Shown: positions 24,869 to 34,685 of the stretch, in pieces
Numbering within the stretch: the stretch's first letter is position 1
Layout of the letters: the number at the start of each line of letters is the position of its first letter
From: Desulfatiglandales bacterium
GTDB lineage: Bacteria; Desulfobacterota; DSM-4660; Desulfatiglandales; B25-G16
NCBI GenBank assembly: GCA_035527895.1
Contig: DATKZQ010000199.1
Coordinates: forward strand, 944-64,943
DNA length: 64,000 bases
Reading direction: 5' to 3'
Made by a program: the position numbers and the translations under genes
Notes under the pieces: model-generated
Told to the model about the DNA's origin: nothing
What the model saw: only the letters and a program-made list of their open reading frames with translations
Database searches by the model: none

Positions 24869-25906
24869 CTATTTGTGAGTCTTCACCCAATTTTCATGAA
24901 ACGCTTCCATTTCGGCTAGTAGCTCCATTCCGCCCGGAAACGTTTTTGCCCACTTTACCCAGCAACCTTCCTTCATTCTCTCGCGAATCTGTTGTCTGAA
25001 AGCGGGCCCGACGGAGGCGACAGTGCAGCCGTATTTATCTGAGGCATCTTTGACAGCCATAGCGTCAATTTCATGCTGCCTTTTTCGTGCAAGCTCTTGA
25101 TACTCTACTGCAGCCTCACGGAGTTTTTCCTGCAAATCTGCAGGCAGTTCATTAAATGCAGATTTGCTGACCATAACGAACCAGCTGTTGCCCTGGCCAT
25201 AAGCGTGAGTCCTCGTGAGGAGCTTTGCCACCTCTACATTCTTGGCCATTACTTGACCAAAGGTGCTGCCTACGGCGCCATCAACTACCCCTCTTTGCAG
25301 GGCTGTGTAGACCTCGGCAAAAGGTATGGTAACCGGTGTGCCCCCCATGGTGGCAATCATATCGGCGCTTGTCTTGTTAAATACCCGTATCTTCTTACCT
25401 TTTAAGGAATCCATATTTTTGACGAGTACGTTCGCCAGGATTGCCTGGCCGGGAAATGGATAGCTTGCAAGTGGCATCATGTTGTAATCGTTAAAGAACT
25501 TGTCGTATACATCTTTCAGAACCGTGGTCATGAGGGCCTCTTCCTCTTCCGGATTATTGGAAAAGAATGGCATATCCGTTGCCCCCAGACGCGGATCTAT
25601 TCCCGCACAATACGCTCCAAGGACATCTCCCATCTGACATGCACCGGTTTTGAGAGCCCGTGGCATGTCAGGTCCCTGGAAAGGGTGTTGTCCGCCCACA
25701 TATAATGTCACCTTGATCTGCCCGTCGGTCTTCTTCTCGATGAGTGGTGGTAACTTGTCCATAGTGGGAGAGACGGCGAGATTATACGGGGAGTACCATT
25801 TCCATTGGTAGACTTTAGCTTCCGTGGTATCGGAAGCTGCCAAAAACGCTAGTAGCGCAAAACTCGCGATAATGATTGTTCTAATGCTTTGTCCTTTCTT
25901 TTTCAT
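24869..25906 (-). CDS. TRAP transporter substrate-binding protein (DctP family)
   Basis: Signal peptide (IIIASFALLAFLAAS) and DctP-like fold motifs. Start chosen at MKKKGQS, preceded by AAAGGAGG. Confidence 0.8.
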   Translation of the reverse strand: MKKKGQSIRTIIIASFALLAFLAASDTTEAKVYQWKWYSPYNLAVSPTMDKLPPLIEKKTDGQIKVTLYVGGQHPFQGPDMPRALKTGACQMGDVLGAYCAGIDPRLGATDMPFFSNNPEEEEALMTTVLKDVYDKFFNDYNMMPLASYPFPGQAILANVLVKNMDSLKGKKIRVFNKTSADMIATMGGTPVTIPFAEVYTALQRGVVDGAVGSTFGQVMAKNVEVAKLLTRTHAYGQGNSWFVMVSKSAFNELPADLQEKLREAAVEYQELARKRQHEIDAMAVKDASDKYGCTVASVGPAFRQQIRERMKEGCWVKWAKTFPGGMELLAEMEAFHENWVKTHK

Positions 25907-26053
25907 GATTATCCTCCTTTCATTAAATTCGTTTGTTATCAAGAGACAGTTTCGTTATTGCACGGTCTATATTTCACCTCCTTTCATGCGGCTCTAAAGT
26001 CACGTTCTGAACGATGGCCCATGGTTCAAGTTCTACGTGGCCTACCTCATATA

Positions 26054-27358
26054 TTAGAATGCCGTGAACATTTGTTGCGGCAACCAGATTGCTATTTCAG
26101 GAAAAGCATAGAGCAGTCCGGCTCCGACGAGTAACAGCACGATGAAGGGCAATGTGCCATACACAACCTCAGATAAGTTCTCGCCTGATACGCCTTGAAT
26201 AATGAAGAGAATCATCCCCACAGGGGGGGTAATTAATGCTATTTCACACATGAGCGTAACGATAACCCCAAACCACACTGAGTCAAAACCGAGGCTCATC
26301 ATGAGGGGATACGTGACGGGCAAAGTAAGAAGCGTCATTGATAGGGCGTCTATAAAACATCCCAGTACCAGGTACATGAAGACTATCGAAACAAAGACCA
26401 ACCCTCTGTGGATACCCGCAGAAGCAACAAATTCAGCAATCCTCGCCGGAATCCGCAAGTCAGACAAGGTCATAGACAGTATTTGAGTTCCCACAATAAT
26501 GAGGACCATCATGCCGTTGACAGTCACGGTTTCGACAATCGATTCCTTAAAGGCTATCCAGTGAAGTCTCCTGTATATTGCCGCTATTATGATCGCCCCA
26601 AAAGTCCCGAGGGCAGCTGCTTCCGTGGGGGTTGCCACACCAAGGTAAATAGTCCCCAAGACAAAGAAGATGAGTATTCCGACTGGTAGGATGTCCTTAA
26701 GGCCAAAAAGCATAGCCTTCGGATTGATTCTTTCCCTCCCCGGCGTTTTGCCAGGAGACAATACTGCGTTTAAAGCTATGTATGCCATGAAAAGGCCTGC
26801 GAACATTATGCCGGGGAAAATTCCAGCGATGAAAAGTTTACCGACCGATTCCCCAACCCACGCTCCGTAAACAATAAGGGGTATGCTCGGTGGGATCATG
26901 ATGCCCAATGTGCCGCCAGCTGCAATGCTGCCAAATATCATCCTTTTGTCATAATTCCTCTTTTTCAACTCCGGTATGGCAATCGGGCCCATGGTTGCAG
27001 CAGTGGCTAGGCTGGAGCCGGAGGATGCGGCAAAAATGGCGCAAGATAAGATATTCGTGTGAAGCAGGCCGCCTGGCAAGATACCAACCAAAGGCACAGC
27101 ACCTGTATAGAGCTTATCACCTAATCCACAGCGAAAGACTATATGCCCCATCAATATGAACAAGGGCATGGCTGTCCAAATGAAGCTATTGAGCACATTA
27201 AACTGCACCATTCCTATGATATCGAGACTCCCACCAATAAACAGAATATAGATGACAATGCCGACAGCTGCTATTGCCGGCCCAATCCACATGCCGCTCA
27301 GGAGAAACAAGGCCAGGAGGCTCAACATTAAAGCAGTAATGAGGACTAAGTTTTCCAT
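26054..27358 (-). CDS. TRAP transporter large permease (DctM family)
   Basis: 434-aa polytopic protein with typical DctM segments (SSGSSLATAATMG, GGTLGIMIPPS, GVATPTEAAALG). Confidence 0.85.
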   Translation of the reverse strand: MENLVLITALMLSLLALFLLSGMWIGPAIAAVGIVIYILFIGGSLDIIGMVQFNVLNSFIWTAMPLFILMGHIVFRCGLGDKLYTGAVPLVGILPGGLLHTNILSCAIFAASSGSSLATAATMGPIAIPELKKRNYDKRMIFGSIAAGGTLGIMIPPSIPLIVYGAWVGESVGKLFIAGIFPGIMFAGLFMAYIALNAVLSPGKTPGRERINPKAMLFGLKDILPVGILIFFVLGTIYLGVATPTEAAALGTFGAIIIAAIYRRLHWIAFKESIVETVTVNGMMVLIIVGTQILSMTLSDLRIPARIAEFVASAGIHRGLVFVSIVFMYLVLGCFIDALSMTLLTLPVTYPLMMSLGFDSVWFGVIVTLMCEIALITPPVGMILFIIQGVSGENLSEVVYGTLPFIVLLLVGAGLLYAFPEIAIWLPQQMFTAF

Positions 27359-27520
27359 AGTGCTAAACGACTCACATCTAGGATTTGACTCTTATACCGC
27401 CAAGAAAATCATATCTGGCGACAATATGAGTGTCTTTTTCCCCCGGATCTTCTCATTCCGGTTTGCCGCTTCTTGGTTTAGGTCTTTTAGCTCGTTGACA
27501 AGTATTCTTACCGGACTCCC

Positions 27521-28369
27521 TCATGGAGAAGACAAACCCAGTATTCTCATGGCGTTTTTATACAAAAACTTATCTTTCACGTCGTCTTTGAGCGGCAGCA
27601 GGTCCAGCTCTTTGACAACCCGTTCATGGGGAATAAGTGAATTCGTGGCAAAGAGGATTTGGTCTTGCAGGATGGAGTTTCCGTAGGTGAGAAAGAGCTC
27701 CCAGCCGGTGCCGGACCTGGAGATATACTTTGGCGATACGCCTCCTGTTTCGAGATAAACATTCGGATGCTTCCATGCCACCGCTATCATCTCGTTGACC
27801 CAGGGCCACCCTCCGTGATTGGCCACTATGGTGAGATCCGGAAAATCGCACGCAATTTCGTCGAGGTGCAGCGGGCGGCTGTAGTCGATTTTTTTATTCA
27901 CGGAAAAATTTATTGAGGAATGTATTGCGACGGGCATCTTGCTTTGCTGGCAATAATCATAAAGGGGGTAGAATTTCCTATCATTGGGATACAGCCCCTG
28001 AACCCATGGTTGCAGATTAAGCCCTTTCATGTTCCACTCATTGACATACCGGTCAAGATCTTTGACCGGGTCTTTTGAGGCTGAGGGATCTATGCCTGCA
28101 AAGCCGATGAGGTTGTCCGGGTGCTTTTGTACTAATTCGCCAACCGTCTTATTAAGCAGATGAACATCGCCGTAACTATACTCCGCATGAAGAACGGCCA
28201 GCGAAATCCCGCTTTGCTGCATGTTCTCCAGGAACTTCTCGAAGGGAAGGCTGCAAAGCCGCCTGAAATCGTAGAGTTCTTTGTACCGGTCCATGAAGGG
28301 GGGCATGGCATCATAACCGCCGGGAAAGAATTCTGGTCCCGTTCCAATGACGCGAAAGTCGATGATCAT
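27521..28369 (-). CDS. Amidohydrolase_2-family protein (ACMSD/LigW-type metal-dependent hydrolase/decarboxylase)
   Basis: 282 aa with IDFRV...HSSINF...ANHGGWPW...ETGG, the typical metal-ligand layout of amidohydrolase 2. Confidence 0.7.
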   Translation of the reverse strand: MIIDFRVIGTGPEFFPGGYDAMPPFMDRYKELYDFRRLCSLPFEKFLENMQQSGISLAVLHAEYSYGDVHLLNKTVGELVQKHPDNLIGFAGIDPSASKDPVKDLDRYVNEWNMKGLNLQPWVQGLYPNDRKFYPLYDYCQQSKMPVAIHSSINFSVNKKIDYSRPLHLDEIACDFPDLTIVANHGGWPWVNEMIAVAWKHPNVYLETGGVSPKYISRSGTGWELFLTYGNSILQDQILFATNSLIPHERVVKELDLLPLKDDVKDKFLYKNAMRILGLSSP

Positions 28370-28389
28370 GCAACTGCTCCTGTGTTTGG

Positions 28390-29970
28390 CTATCTACGAG
28401 TTTTGTTTTCCAACCGATCAAAGCAGCCTTCGGTAGGATCTGACTTTTCCTCTATGAGTCTCTGTTTCCGCACCCGTTCTGAGGGTGTTTTCGGTAAGCT
28501 CTCTCTGAACTCTAAGTACCGGGGAACCTTAAAGGCGGCCATGTTTTCTTCGCAAAACTCTATGATGTCTTCATAGGTAAGTTCCTCATTCGGTTTTAAG
28601 ACGATATAGGCCTTCGCCTCTTCTCCCCGTATTTTGTCCGGTACCGGAATAGTGGCAGCGTCCAGGATTTTGGGGTGGGTCATGAGTACATGTTCTATGG
28701 ATGCGGCCGATATATTTTCGCCCCCCCTTCGGATGATGTCCTTTTTTCTCCCCACAAAATGAAAATCGCCATCTTCATCCTGATAGCCGAGGTCTCCGGA
28801 GTGAAACCATCCCCCCCGAAAGGCTTTTTCCGTGGCCTCAGGGTCCTTGTAGTAGCCCTCCATCATGCCCTTGCCACGCTTAAGCACGATTTCACCGACC
28901 TCACCGCTCGGGAGTTCGACGTCATTATCATCCACGATTTTGGCTTCTCGGTAGTAGACGGGCCGCCCAATACATGCCGTGCCAACCTTCCGGTCCATAT
29001 CAGCCGTTACCGCAATATCGGCCGTTGTTTCAGTAGAGGCATAGATCTCATACACGGGAACGTTGAATCTCTCCTCCCAGGCCTTGTGTATACCTGGAGG
29101 AATACCGGATGTCTGAACCATACTCAAGTTGTGTTGTTTATCTAAATCGGAAGGGGGCATATTATAGAGAAAAGAGGTCATTGAGCCGATGCAGTAGAAG
29201 CAGGTTGTTTTGTAGTGCCTGATCTGATCCCAAAATTGGGAGGTGCTGAATCGTTCTGCAAAGATCAGCGTTGCGTTATGGATCATGACCATGATGGTGT
29301 TCCACTGTGGGTCCATGTAGTAGAAGGGCTGTGCCGTAAAGACGCGATCTTCGTCGGTAAGCTGAAATAACTTTCCCTGGATTTCCCCCAGGTTTAAGAA
29401 ATAATCCTGTGTAGCCATGCAGCCCTTGGGGTTTCCCGTCGTTCCCGACGTGTATATGATAACTGCAAGGTCGCCCTGGTGGATATCTACCGGTTTTAAA
29501 CCTGCCGGGCTTTCAAGCAGGTTTGAAAAGGGAATGGCGTTATCGACATCTGAATTATTAATGTTGATAATCCTGTCGAGCAAAGGGATTTCTTTTTGAA
29601 TCTTCCTTATTGTCTCAGCGTATTCATTTCAGGTGACCAATAATCTTGCTTCGGAATGGTTAAGGATATATTTGGTCTCCTCATCTACGAAACGACCATT
29701 AACCGGTACCATAACTGCACCGATCATATTCGCTGCCAGCCAGCAATAAGGAAATTCAAAACAGTTCGGCAGTAAAATGGCGACGTTATCCCCCTTTTTC
29801 ACACCGAGCGATAGAAATCCATTCGCCACTTTATTTACTGTTTGCAGAACGGTCTCATAAGTAGCCTCTTGATCCTTAAAGGTAAAGAGGGTCTTATCAG
29901 GAGTTAAACCCGCCGACTCTTCCAACAGTTCCCTTATGCTCTTGGCTTTCATCTCACTTATAACCATCAT
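28390..29970 (-). pseudogene. AMP-dependent synthetase/ligase (acyl-CoA synthetase) with one in-frame TGA (29629-29631)
   Basis: The N-terminal 113 aa and C-terminal 397 aa (IIYTSGTTGNPKG, YASTET, GWFHSGDLG, GRKKDIIRRGGENI) are in the same frame. They are separated only by ...LLVT-TGA-NEYAETIRK.... Confidence 0.8.
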
Positions 29971-30059
29971 TTTTTATCATTTTTTATAAAAACACTCTAA
30001 AAGTCAAGCGAAATTTATCAATTTATATAAATTTATTTCCGTGGGCACCTCAGCGCCCA

Positions 30060-30230
30060 GCTCTCAGGGGGGGATTCACCCTGTCACATTCCGCCTGGAG
30101 CCGACCCTGCAAAGCAGGGATTTAAAAGATTCACCCCCACCTAACCTCCCCCATCAAGGGGGAGGAGGTATGCGGTAGCCCTAAAGCGAGCTGCTGATAA
30201 TCATCAAGTTGAAGCTACTAAAAATGACAC
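30060..30230. repeat. Intergenic hairpin-module repeat, family A (copy 1)
   Basis: Contains CCCTGCAAAGCAGGG, CACCCCCACCTAACCTCCCCCATCAAGGGGGAGG (30133-30165) and ATCAAGTTGAAGC, homologous to 42290-42480. Confidence 0.75.
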
Positions 30231-30589
30231 CGATACTGAGTTCTGGTCTCAACGCTTGTTCAGGGCAGGGGAGCAGACCTCCTCATTAGCTAAATACGAA
30301 ACACTGTGGCGTTTTTATTGGAAGAGAATAGCGTGCCCACATAAATGGTCAGGCTTGAGGTAAGTCGGGCAAAAGAAATATGGCTGGCACGAGATCTAGG
30401 ATCTGCGCTTTGGTATGGGCGAGCTCTTTTAGTGGATTTTATTGATCTTATTTTCCTTTGCCTGTATAAGTGTAGTTCGTTTTTAGATGTTTTGTGTATG
30501 ACGAATTTCCCGTATTGTGACTGATCAGCAAAAGCCCCGGTTAATCCGGGGTCATTTGTAGGGCATATCAATCACAAAGGACTACTGTA

Positions 30590-31054
30590 ATGAGAAGAAA
30601 AGAACAGGAGATAACTGACAGAGCCGCAATTGAATCTATCATAGCAAAATCAACGGTATGCAGGCTCGCTTTATCAACAAACGATCGGCCTTACATCGTT
30701 CCCCTGTGCTTTGGGTATGAGGATAATGCCTTATATTTTCACGCGGCCCGGGAAGGAAAGAAGATAGATATACTCAAGAAAAACAGCAGGGTCTGCTTCG
30801 AGGTCGACTGCGACCATGAACTGGTGAGTAATGAGACTCCGTGCAAATGGAGCATGAAGTATCGCAGCGTTGTCGGAGTCGGGAAGGCTTCTTTAATAGA
30901 TGATCCTGAATCAAAGCGAAGGGCCCTGGATATTGTCATGCAGCATTACGCGGGCCGACCATCCGGTTATTCAGCAGCCAGCATGGAGAAAATACTCATC
31001 ATAAAGGTTGAGATAGAGAGCATGACGGGAAAGAGCTCGGGATGGCTTGAATGA
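30590..31054 (+). CDS. Pyridoxamine 5'-phosphate oxidase-family (flavin-binding, NimA-like) protein
   Basis: RRKEQEITDRAAIESII...VCRLAL...PYIVPLCFGY...LYFHAAREGKK is typical of the Pyridox_ox_2 family. Confidence 0.7.
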   Translation: MRRKEQEITDRAAIESIIAKSTVCRLALSTNDRPYIVPLCFGYEDNALYFHAAREGKKIDILKKNSRVCFEVDCDHELVSNETPCKWSMKYRSVVGVGKASLIDDPESKRRALDIVMQHYAGRPSGYSAASMEKILIIKVEIESMTGKSSGWLE

Positions 31055-31069
31055 ACACCTTGAAAAGAT

Positions 31070-31440
31070 CTTCGTGTATCTCTCACAGAGTACTCAAAGT
31101 CACAGAGCATGAAGATCTTCTTATGACACACAACAGATTGCTTACCATGCCCCTATGGGGGTGTTCAATCACGCAAGGCGGGATTGAATATGGGCAAAGT
31201 TTTCAAAGGAAAAAATGAATACATTCATATTTTTCCTTACGAACTTTCTCCCATAAAACGGTAAGCAATCGAATGCCTCATTACATAGCTCTGCGTACTC
31301 TGCGGGCTTGAGCGACCCTGAGCCTTGTGCTTTCGACCTGAGCTCAAGCCGAAGGGCTTGTCGAAGGGTCTAAGGGGAGCGGGCGAGAAAGCTATGAGTA
31401 CATCTTTTCACGAGTGTAGCTGAATTATACCATCCCGCGA
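31070..31440. repeat. Composite intergenic repeat region, family B, with internal inverted repeats
   Basis: CTCACAGAGTACTCAAAGTCACAGAGC pairs with the inverted GCTCTGCGTACTCTGCGGG, and ATTGCTTACC pairs with GGTAAGCAAT. A GC-rich tail GCTCAAGCCGAAGGGCTTGTCGAAGGG follows. Confidence 0.5.
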
Positions 31441-31515
31441 AGCCGGAGGGTTTTGAACATTGCTAAAAGGTATTCTCTGGTCAAGAATCACTTCGTATCT
31501 TTTTTGAGGTTTGGA

Positions 31516-31788
31516 ATGGACTTGAAGTTACTCTTAACGGTGTTCGGCACGGTGTTTATTGCCGAACTGGGAGATAAAACCCAGTTTGCCACACTCCTGT
31601 ATGCGGCCGGTCCCACAAACAGTAAGCTCACGGTGTTCCTCGGGGCAGCGCTCGCCCTGATTGTAGCATCGGGGATTGGTGTTGTGGCCGGCTCGTTCTT
31701 GGCACACTACCTGAACCCCAAGTACCTCTCGTGGATTGCTGGCCTCGGTTTCATCGCGGTGGGCATTTGGGTAATCATCAAAGCTTAG
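31516..31788 (+). CDS. UPF0016 (GDT1/TMEM165-like) membrane protein
   Basis: E-x-G-D-K-T signature (AELGDKTQ) in the first TM helix. Start chosen at MDLKLLL. Confidence 0.7.
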   Translation: MDLKLLLTVFGTVFIAELGDKTQFATLLYAAGPTNSKLTVFLGAALALIVASGIGVVAGSFLAHYLNPKYLSWIAGLGFIAVGIWVIIKA

Positions 31789-31897
31789 GGAAATGACGAG
31801 TAACAGCCGAAAACTAGGTACGGCGTGCCCAACCGGGCGACAGGCCTTTCAGCGGACCTTTTTTAAAGCCACATTTTTGTTTACAGGTAGCAGTTAG

Positions 31898-32080
31898 ATG
31901 AAACTCCTTTTTTGCTTACTAGGGTTGGTCCTCATAGTCGAGGGGCTCCCGTATCTGGCATTTCCGGATAAGATGAAAAAGTGGCTGCGGCAGGTACAGC
32001 AGGTGCCTGATAATCAGCTCAGGGCAGTCGGTTTTCTGGCCATGTGTTTGGGCCTGCTCTTAACGTATCTTTTCAGGTAG
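31898..32080 (+). CDS. DUF2065 (YjeT-like) small membrane protein
   Basis: 60 aa with two TM helices and the motif LIVEGLPYLAFP. Confidence 0.6.
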   Translation: MKLLFCLLGLVLIVEGLPYLAFPDKMKKWLRQVQQVPDNQLRAVGFLAMCLGLLLTYLFR

Positions 32081-32083
32081 GGC

Positions 32084-33142
32084 ATGTATCGCGTTGAGGA
32101 CTATGATTACGACCTGCCTGTCGAGTTGATCGCCCAGGTGCCTGCTCTGAGACGGGATGAGTCACGTCTCCTCTATGTGGAGCGCGGCGGTGAAGGGATT
32201 TCCGACCATCACTTCTATGACCTGCCCTCGCTGCTCAGGGCAGGCGACCTTCTGGTGGTAAACGATGCCGAGGTGGTACCTGCCCGGTTGTACGGTGAAA
32301 AGGAAACGGGTGGGCGAGTAGAAATTTTGGTCATCGATCACCCTGCCAGGCCTCTCAAGAGGGGGCAGGATAGACGCTGGTGCCTTGTAAAGGCATCAAA
32401 GAGGCCAAAAAGGGGATCGGCCATTGCCTTTTCGGATGGCCTCATGGGCATTGTCGAGACGCTCGGTGAAAACGGAAAAGCCTTGCTCAGATTTGAGGGG
32501 AAACACGGCCTTGACTACGTGTTGAAAAAAAGAGGTTGCCTTCCCCTACCCCCTTATATTAAAAGAGACAACAACGATAAAAGATCGGAGATAGATAGAG
32601 AACGATACCAGACCATATTCTCCCGTTATTCAGGGGCGGTGGCAGCGCCGACGGCCGGCCTTCATTTTACCCGCGATCTCCTCACGGCTTTACAATCCCG
32701 GGGAGTAACCATAGTGAGTATAACCCTCCTGGTTGGTCATGACACCTTTCGACCGGTGAGGGTGCAAGATATCAGGGAACATAACCTGGAAAGTGAGTCA
32801 TATACGGTAAGCCCCAATGCCGCCAGCACCATCCGGAGAGCCAAGATCGAGGGCAGAAGGGTTATCGCCGTTGGAACGACCGTTGTCAGGGCCCTGGAAA
32901 CCGTATCTCATGAGAAAGGAGCAATGACAGCTAATTCCGGGTCTACTGATCTTTTGATCTACCCGGGATTTGGTTTTCAGGCTATCGATGCACTGTTGAC
33001 GAATTTTCACCTGCCCCGGTCTTCGCTTCTTTTTCTGGTGGCGGCATTTGCCGGTCGTGAGCTGACCCTGAGGGCCTATCAATGGGCCATCGAAAAGAGG
33101 TACCGCTTTTACAGTTACGGCGATGCGATGCTGATAAGCTGA
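32084..33142 (+). CDS. queA: S-adenosylmethionine:tRNA ribosyltransferase-isomerase
   Basis: Y-D-Y-x-L-P-x-E-L-IAQ N-terminus, PLPPYIKR, GAVAAPTAGLHFT, GTT..R.LE, and the YRFYSYGDAMLI C-terminus. Confidence 0.9.
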   Translation: MYRVEDYDYDLPVELIAQVPALRRDESRLLYVERGGEGISDHHFYDLPSLLRAGDLLVVNDAEVVPARLYGEKETGGRVEILVIDHPARPLKRGQDRRWCLVKASKRPKRGSAIAFSDGLMGIVETLGENGKALLRFEGKHGLDYVLKKRGCLPLPPYIKRDNNDKRSEIDRERYQTIFSRYSGAVAAPTAGLHFTRDLLTALQSRGVTIVSITLLVGHDTFRPVRVQDIREHNLESESYTVSPNAASTIRRAKIEGRRVIAVGTTVVRALETVSHEKGAMTANSGSTDLLIYPGFGFQAIDALLTNFHLPRSSLLFLVAAFAGRELTLRAYQWAIEKRYRFYSYGDAMLIS

Positions 33143-33182
33143 TCCAGGCAGAAGGGACTGGCCGGTAAAGGAAAACCAAATC

Positions 33183-34325
33183 GTGGAATTCCGGATTCAG
33201 AAGCAAGATACGGGGAGCAGGGCGCGGGTTGGTGAAATTGTAACCAATCACGGAAGCTTTGAAACCCCCGTGTTCATGCCTGTTGGGACGGCAGGCGCAA
33301 TCAAGGGGGTGGCACCTGATGAAGCCAGGGATGCGGGAGCGGAAATAATCCTGGCAAATACGTATCATCTATACCTGAGGCCCGGCCATGAACTGATACG
33401 AAAGCTCGGGGGTCTCCATCGGTTCATGAACTGGTCAGGGCCAATACTGACTGATAGTGGAGGATTTCAGGTCTACAGCCTCTCGAGGCTCAGGACTATC
33501 TCAGAGGAAGGCGTTACCTTTCGGTCTCATATCGACGGCTCAACCCATTTCCTGAGCCCGGAAAAGGCAATGGAGATACAGGAGGCCCTGGGTTCGGACA
33601 TCGCCATGACCTTGGATGAGTGTGCACCTGCTGAGGCGGACCACGACTATATCCTGAAATCCGTAAAACTTACGGAGCAGTGGGCACGGCGATGCCGCGT
33701 TACCAAAAGGGATGACGGCCAGTCACTCTTCGGGATTGTTCAAGGAGGAACATACCCTGACCTGAGAGAGGTGAGTGCCAGAGGCCTTGTTGAGATGGAC
33801 TTTGACGGTTATGCCCTCGGGGGTCTGTCCGTAGGCGAAGACCGTGCCACGAGAGAACAGGTGATAGGAGTCACGAGGGAATTCTTGCCGGACGAAAAGC
33901 CGGTGTATCTGATGGGCGTGGGAACACCTGAAGACATTCTCGAGTCGGTGAAGCTGGGCGTGGATATGTTTGACTGTGTCTTGCCGACCCGGAATGCACG
34001 GAACGGCATGTTGTTTACCAAGCAGGGAAGGCTCGTGATAAAAAATACCCAGTACTCGGATGACAGCTCTGCAATCGAAGACGATTGTACGTGCTATACC
34101 TGCTCACATTATTCGAGGGCATACTTACGACACCTGTTCCTAACAAAAGAACTGCTTGCTTATCGGTTAAATACCATCCACAATCTCCATTACTATGCAA
34201 AGCTCATGGCGGGGATACGGATGGCGATACGGGAGGATGGGTTGGCTGATTTCAGCCGTGATTTTTACGCGGATAAGATACAGAATGTCGAAAAAGAGGG
34301 AGCCAAATCCCTACAAACTATCTAA
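33183..34325 (+). CDS. tgt: tRNA-guanine transglycosylase
   Basis: TPVFMPVGT, ILANTYHL, LTDSGGFQV, GGLSVGE, and the zinc site CxCxxC...H (CTCYTCSHYSRAYLRH). GTG start. Confidence 0.9.
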   Translation: MEFRIQKQDTGSRARVGEIVTNHGSFETPVFMPVGTAGAIKGVAPDEARDAGAEIILANTYHLYLRPGHELIRKLGGLHRFMNWSGPILTDSGGFQVYSLSRLRTISEEGVTFRSHIDGSTHFLSPEKAMEIQEALGSDIAMTLDECAPAEADHDYILKSVKLTEQWARRCRVTKRDDGQSLFGIVQGGTYPDLREVSARGLVEMDFDGYALGGLSVGEDRATREQVIGVTREFLPDEKPVYLMGVGTPEDILESVKLGVDMFDCVLPTRNARNGMLFTKQGRLVIKNTQYSDDSSAIEDDCTCYTCSHYSRAYLRHLFLTKELLAYRLNTIHNLHYYAKLMAGIRMAIREDGLADFSRDFYADKIQNVEKEGAKSLQTI

Positions 34326-34343
34326 CAAAAGGGAGGAAAATTC

Positions 34344-34682
34344 ATGTTTAATTTAGCTTACGCTATGGGTGCAGGCGGTGCCGGAGGGTCAGGAGGGTCA
34401 GGTGGTCTGGGTGCATTCTTACCATTGATCATTATCTTCGCCATCTTTTACTTTTTGCTGATCAGGCCCCAGCAAAAAAAATCCAAACAGCACAAGCAGC
34501 TCCTATCCGAGCTCAGAAAAGGAGATAAGGTAATCAGTTCAGGCGGTCTGCACGGCGTTATTACTGGTATGAGCGATGAGGTGCTGACCGTAGAGATATC
34601 TCCCAAAGTGAGGGTCAAGATCTCTCGAGGTTCCATATCAGGGGTGATCAGAAGGCCAGAGGCTCAAGTAAACAAGGAGTAA
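34344..34682 (+). CDS. yajC: Preprotein translocase subunit YajC
   Basis: Single TM helix followed by RPQQKK...L..GD.V.T.GG..G, positioned between tgt and secD. Confidence 0.85.
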   Translation: MFNLAYAMGAGGAGGSGGSGGLGAFLPLIIIFAIFYFLLIRPQQKKSKQHKQLLSELRKGDKVISSGGLHGVITGMSDEVLTVEISPKVRVKISRGSISGVIRRPEAQVNKE

Positions 34683-34685
34683 AAC

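Noticed and set aside
29629-29631. Selenocysteine recoding of the TGA in the acyl-CoA synthetase
   Set aside because: The position is in a non-redox linker (LLVT-x-NEY) and I could not fold a convincing SECIS-type hairpin in the 40 nt downstream. A nonsense mutation or sequence error is more parsimonious. It is kept as a finding because I cannot test it.
30290-30571. 93-aa minus-strand ORF
   Set aside because: It lies in the repeat-bearing intergenic region between divergent genes, with no RBS and a basic, low-complexity translation.
31370-31515. yybP-ykoY (Mn2+) riboswitch upstream of the UPF0016 gene
   Set aside because: AAGGGGAGCGGGCG, TTTTGAACATTGC and GGTCAAGAATC loosely recall the GGGGAGUAG, UUGACAUA and GCAAGACC blocks. 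The matches are imperfect, the spacing is off, and the first block belongs to the family B repeat tail. A covariance-model scan (Rfam yybP-ykoY) would decide.
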